This document shows, piece by piece, positions 59,054 to 64,000 of a stretch of DNA of 64,000 nt; position 1 is the first letter of the stretch; each line of letters opens with the position of its first letter. Origin of the DNA: Octopus vulgaris. Lineage: Eukaryota. The DNA lies in assembly GCA_951406725.2 (NCBI GenBank), contig OX597823.1, positions 50,592,001 to 50,656,000 of the forward strand. Direction: 5' to 3'. A program made the position numbers and the translations under genes. The notes under the pieces were generated by a model, which did not search any database, had not been told where the DNA came from, and saw nothing but the letters and a program-made list of their open reading frames with translations.

Positions 59054-59258
59054 AGGCCCAGGCGTGGTTTTGTGGTAAGGAGCTTGCTTCCCACCCAACC
59101 ACATGGTTTCAGGTTCAGTCCCACTGCGTGGAACCTTGAGCAAGTGTCTATAGTCATTTACTATAGTCATTTGACTGCGGCCATGCTAGAGCACCGCATT
59201 AAAGGGTGTTAGTCGACTAAACCTAGGACTTATTCTTTGTAAGCCTGCTACTTATTCA
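59054..59258. mobile_element. SINE family A 5' fragment (+) fused to an inverted 3' fragment (-)
   Basis: Head to ..GAGCAAGTGTCT, then reverse complement of the 3' module from ~59165. Confidence 0.7.
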
Positions 59259-60101
59259 ATTTGGGTTTGAATTGTTGACTTGATATTCTTTAGTACAATA
59301 CCTTTTCCCAGTCATTTACAATTAGGCAAGCAATTATTATGATTTGTACAATAACGAGCAGGTGCAGAATTTAATGAATTGCATTAGAATGTTAAGAACT
59401 GTTATTTCTCATAGATGTTGTAAAGCTTTTCTGAACAGCGTAGCTAATGTTAATCAAATTTCTCTTAAAGCTGTTTTGGTTGTATAACATGTTGTTAGAA
59501 AGTGAAAAAAAGATTAATTTTTGATAATTCTACTTTTGTGAAAACATAATCGTAGGGGATACAAAAATTTCTGATACGAATGCATATTGGATCCCAAATG
59601 TACGAAATAATAGGAATTCATATCTTAGAACCTTTGTGTAAAAAATCTCCGGCAGTATGACGATGGAAAACTAATCTTGCAAAATCTAAGGGAACATTAG
59701 CTAGATATATTTAGGAACGGTTTAATAAAACTTTCTAGTAAAACAGGTTTTTCCTTGAACCATAAACACCACAGTATTTTAAAAGAAAACTGATTAGGTT
59801 TAGCTACGCTGCATAGAGAACTTTACAAACTCTGAAATTGCGATATAAACGACTTTCTCATACACTTCATCCAGAGGTTGAATCTACCTGAAACTTTATT
59901 CAGCGCATTTCTTACCACCTTGATGATCAGTTTAAGGAGAATTCACAAGTATAACATGCTAAACTGGGTAAAAAATTCTAAGCCGAATTCTTGTATTGAG
60001 TTAATCGAAAATAGTGCAGGTCTATTTTTCTATTAACACTAAAGAAATATTCACTGTTGTATTGTCACAATATATTTGGTTCATGGGAGGGAGAAGAAGT
60101 C

Positions 60102-60152
<51 letters not shown>

Positions 60153-60438
60153 TTGAATGAAATGTAACGTAATAGAATATAATATTGGCAAATATGACTG
60201 ATTTTATATGGTGTTATATAAAACATTTTAAGCATCTTTATATTTTAGATTTTACCTGTATTTACTTGTATAGAAAAATTAATAAATAAAAAAACATCCG
60301 TTAAGTATTGTGTGAACATTTTGTTAAGTTTTCTACGAATCAGGCAAATAGAGAATTTCAAATGTTTTTAAAGAGAGCTTGCGAAAGTTAAGGTGCACCA
60401 TGTAAGCTCGTGCGTCTTTTAGACCGTCAATATATGGT

Positions 60439-60737
60439 ATATCACCGTGATCACCGTGACCGACCGGGCAATCAGATGTTGCTACACATCGCTGGTCACA
60501 AAGCGCTTCGCATTGTTTTAGTCTTCAAATGACGCCACCCCGCTGGCTAAGCGATCAGGCCAACAGAAGAGAGAGAGTGAGAGAAAGTTGTGGCGAAAGA
60601 GCACAGCAGGGATCGCCACCACCCCATGCCGGAGCCTCGTGGAGCTTTAGGTGTTTTCGCTCAAAAAAACGCTCACAACGTCCGGTCTGGGAATCGAAAC
60701 CGCGATCATACGACCGCGAGTCCGCTGCCCTAACCAA
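60439..60737 (-). mobile_element. tRNA-derived SINE (family C-like)
   Basis: Minus strand TGGTTAGGGCAGCGGACTC..GGTTTCGATTCCC..TTGAGCGAAAACACCT; tandem (CACGGTGAT) tail. Confidence 0.8.
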
Positions 60738-61854
60738 TAAATATGGGTTCCTCTTGTTCTGTTGAACATAATCATCTGAAGATCAGAAAAATAAAATATG
60801 AAAAACAAAATAAAAATTTGTGAAATTCTGAGAAGTATCAATAAATATATTAAATGACTTTAGCCTTAGTATTCAGATTAGAGATATTTAATATATTATA
60901 CTTCTTCACACGTTTTTGTTGTCTCAGTCACGCACATGCCCTCATACATGCGCACGCCCGCGTCTATATATGCACGTGTGTCTATGCCTGCGTTTATACA
61001 CAAATATAATACACAGGGTAAACATAGTACACACATATACGTGTGCCTCTTCGTACAATTCTTTCATTTGTGTATAACAAAATTGACCACATGCGTGCAC
61101 GCGTATTTTTAAGTATTTTATGCGTATGTTTGTCTGCGTGTGTTTTCTGTGTATGCGTGCATCCGCGTGTTTATTTAACGTGTTGCGATAATGAAGATTT
61201 AGTTCTAAGACGAAATTAGTGAAGACTAGTTAAGTCGTTTATCTTACAGATTGTTGTGTGGTTATCGCACATCTTGTTTGTATACATGTAAACATACGCA
61301 CATAGAGACACGTGCGCACGTACAAGCACGTATACACATATTCACACAAAATAGCGGAATATATCGCTATCATATATTATTAAATGATGTCCAGAAACTC
61401 AGGCCATGTCATGATCTTCAGCCAATTCCTCATTTCCTCCTCACTGTCTTTTATCAGATCGACGTCCACTGGTCTGCAGCATGGAGTTTTGGTATGTTTC
61501 ATCTTCTTAGCCAGACTTGTTTTGCCTGAAACACAGCAGATGTCAACTAGGTGGTCACCTAGGATTTGTTATTTATAGTGCTCTACTATTGCAATTAAGT
61601 GCAGAGCAGATTCTGTATGTACGAAAGGTCAGCGGCCAGTGAATGCCACTGTACATTGCAAGAAGATTTTTGTTTGCTATTGGTCAGTGAGAAATATATT
61701 TTCCGTTGACAGTGCTTATTCAATGTCCAGCTAGATGTGAATGTTGCCATGAGGTAAGGGCATACATACATACATACATAATACATACATAATACATACA
61801 TACATACATACATACATACATACATAAATACATACACACACATATATATATATA

Positions 61855-61911
<57 letters not shown>

Positions 61912-61912
61912 A

Positions 61913-62009
<97 letters not shown>

Positions 62010-62484
62010 TGCGCGTGGGTGTAATCAATACATAAGAAAAATTGAAACTGACCTGAATTGTGATCATAAAAACAATGATTTTACTGACCAGTCTGTAATG
62101 AGCAGACCATGTTTTCTGACATCTGGCTTGAAAGTACTTATTCAAAGTCATGGTGTGGGTGTAATGGAAAAGATTAACTGTTTACAAAGCTGCAAATCAT
62201 TGTCATTCCATCAGGTTATCGAAAAGTGAATAAGACGAAAACCAATGAATGCTAGATTCATTAGTTGGTCGTTTCTTCCATTTACATTGTAAAATTAAGC
62301 CAAAGCAAATAAGTATCGATCTACAGGAATTTCTTGAAGGTAAGAGATATCACCTATCGTGAGTTAACGTTTCTGTTATTTTTCAGATCTGTTTATCTAA
62401 ACGAACAATATTCGATAAACGTTTAACGAATTATTAGGTCACTGTTGGAAAAATATCAGCCTGGCCGATTCCATTTCTGTAAAT

Positions 62485-62736
62485 CTGTGGTTCTCAACTG
62501 GGGCCCATATGGCCCTTGGGGGTTCATATAAAATTTTGTTCTTAAAGTTTACATGCAATAAACTGGTTATATTTCTACAATGTACAAAACAGTTAAACAG
62601 TTTTAATACAATGTCTAATAAAATGTAATCATAAAAATATAATAGGAGTTTTTAGACAGCGAATGTCTCTGAGGGTCCTCTACGTGTAAAATGTGAACCA
62701 AAGGGGTCAATAAGGAAAAATGGTTGAGAACCACTG
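62485..62736. mobile_element. hAT/Charlie-type MITE
   Basis: TIRs CTGTGGTTCTCAACT / GGTTGAGAACCACTG; 8-bp TSD-like CTGTAAAT / CTCTAAAG. Confidence 0.82.
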
Positions 62737-63229
62737 CTCTAAAGACTATTGAGCAATTGACTGCAGTCAGATATATCAGGTACCAAACAATGAAGGAAAT
62801 TGATTGAACAAAGACACGAAACTATATCACAGACTATGATCCCTGGAAAAGTTACTTCAAATCTCAAACAACACTAGCTGTATCATCGCTCTATTTTTCT
62901 TTCATTAATTTACACAATCAATGGACTATAATTTACCAATTTTCTTATTACATTTTGCAACTGCCATTACATTACTCTTTGGTGGAGATAGCGAAACTAT
63001 TTAGTCCGGTATACCGAATCTTCTTTAATAATCCCGTTATTGGATAGTCACATGTATATACATATTTTAGCTTCTATATCATTTTTTATAACATGATATC
63101 AAGTATTTTTAAAAATCGGATTCCATCGCGTCTTACCTAAAAACTATGGTGATTATCATTGTTAATGTATATGTAACGTTTCACTATCACCGCTCTTTAG
63201 TTTTGTATTATCATTGTATCACTGTATCC

Positions 63230-63570
63230 ACTAGATTATCCGCTGATGTTATACACCACTTGTCACATTGTGCTTCCAAATTCTGTCCTGATTGCATTAT
63301 TCTTTTCTATCTTGACCCAAATTGCTTAACTAAATCGTATTCCCATCGTTGTAGAAGCCTTCTTTCCAAGTGGCCTTTTTCGATTTCTTGGATACCACTC
63401 GGCAAATTCATGAGTCCATCCGTTGTCTGTGAACCCTATGACATGTTCGGCCCAGCGGAACTTGAGCTTACAGTATTCTGCGATCACATAGTTCATTCTA
63501 CTCCGTTCTCGGATTATCTCACAGCGAATATATTCCTAGCATGGATCTTTCCACGGTCCTTTGCGTCGTA
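63230..63570 (-). mobile_element. RTE-clade LINE 3' fragment
   Basis: Minus strand QRTVERSMLGI..KFRWAEHV..DNGWTHEFAEWYPRNRKRPLG..RWEYDL, typical RTE ORF C-terminus. Confidence 0.75.
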
Positions 63571-63627
63571 TCTAATCGATGTTCTATGCTCTTCATATCA
63601 TAGTTATCATTCTTTACCTCATCTAAG

Positions 63628-63840
63628 ACGGCGAGCTGGAGAATCATTGGCGCGCAGGCGGAAAATGCTTAACGGCATTCCATCCGTACTTACGTTCAGG
63701 TTTCAAATTCCGCCGAAGTCGACTTTACCTTTCATCCGTTCGTGGTTGATAAAATAAATACTAGTTGAATACTAGGATTGATGTAATCGACGTATACCCT
63801 TTCCCAATACTGCTGGCCTTGTGCCGATATTTGAAGCCAT
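63628..63840 (+). mobile_element. SINE family B (alternative tail) with TSD
   Basis: Head and core as above; TTTA(C/T)CTCATCTA on both sides. Confidence 0.85.
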
Positions 63841-64000
63841 TATTTATCTCATCTAGTTACCCTTTTCTTCTCCCTTAACCATGGCATACTAGAGATTAAT
63901 TCACTTGTTTATCCCATTATATATTACAATAACTTGTTCATTACTTACATTCCGCTGAGTTCTTGGGTTCATTATCATTACACATTAATTGTATCAATTG

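Noticed and set aside
63146-63757. 203-aa plus-strand ORF
   Set aside because: Antisense of an RTE fragment running into a SINE

Overview
AT-rich, microsatellite-saturated eukaryotic non-coding DNA. The SINE families and repeat landscape strongly suggest an Octopus (cephalopod) genome; this is an inference. I found no host protein-coding exon I can support, and almost all ORFs in the track are translations of (TA)n, (TACA)n, (TAGA)n, (CA)n, (AAT)n or (CTT)n repeats. The real content is a transposon graveyard: more than 25 tRNA-derived SINE copies from at least 3 families; 3' fragments of CR1, RTE and two R4/Dong-type (RLE) LINE families, the R4 types associated with (AAT)n and (CATA)n tracts; two Penelope-like elements (RT + GIY-YIG); Tc1, pogo/Fot1 and mariner transposase relics; and mariner and hAT MITEs. 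The most interesting signal is a dispersed set of short non-coding elements in or next to (TA)n tracts that carry type I hammerhead-ribozyme folds with palindromic stem III (best at 14342-14392 minus, 6280-6366 plus, 5975-6061 minus and 56228-56286 minus). Several are built as inverted repeats, including a ~460-bp foldback with a hammerhead on each strand. They are probably non-autonomous Penelope-derived ribozyme elements. A pre-miRNA-like hairpin lies at 27288-27368. All folds were derived by eye, none was computed, and boundaries of degenerate elements are approximate.
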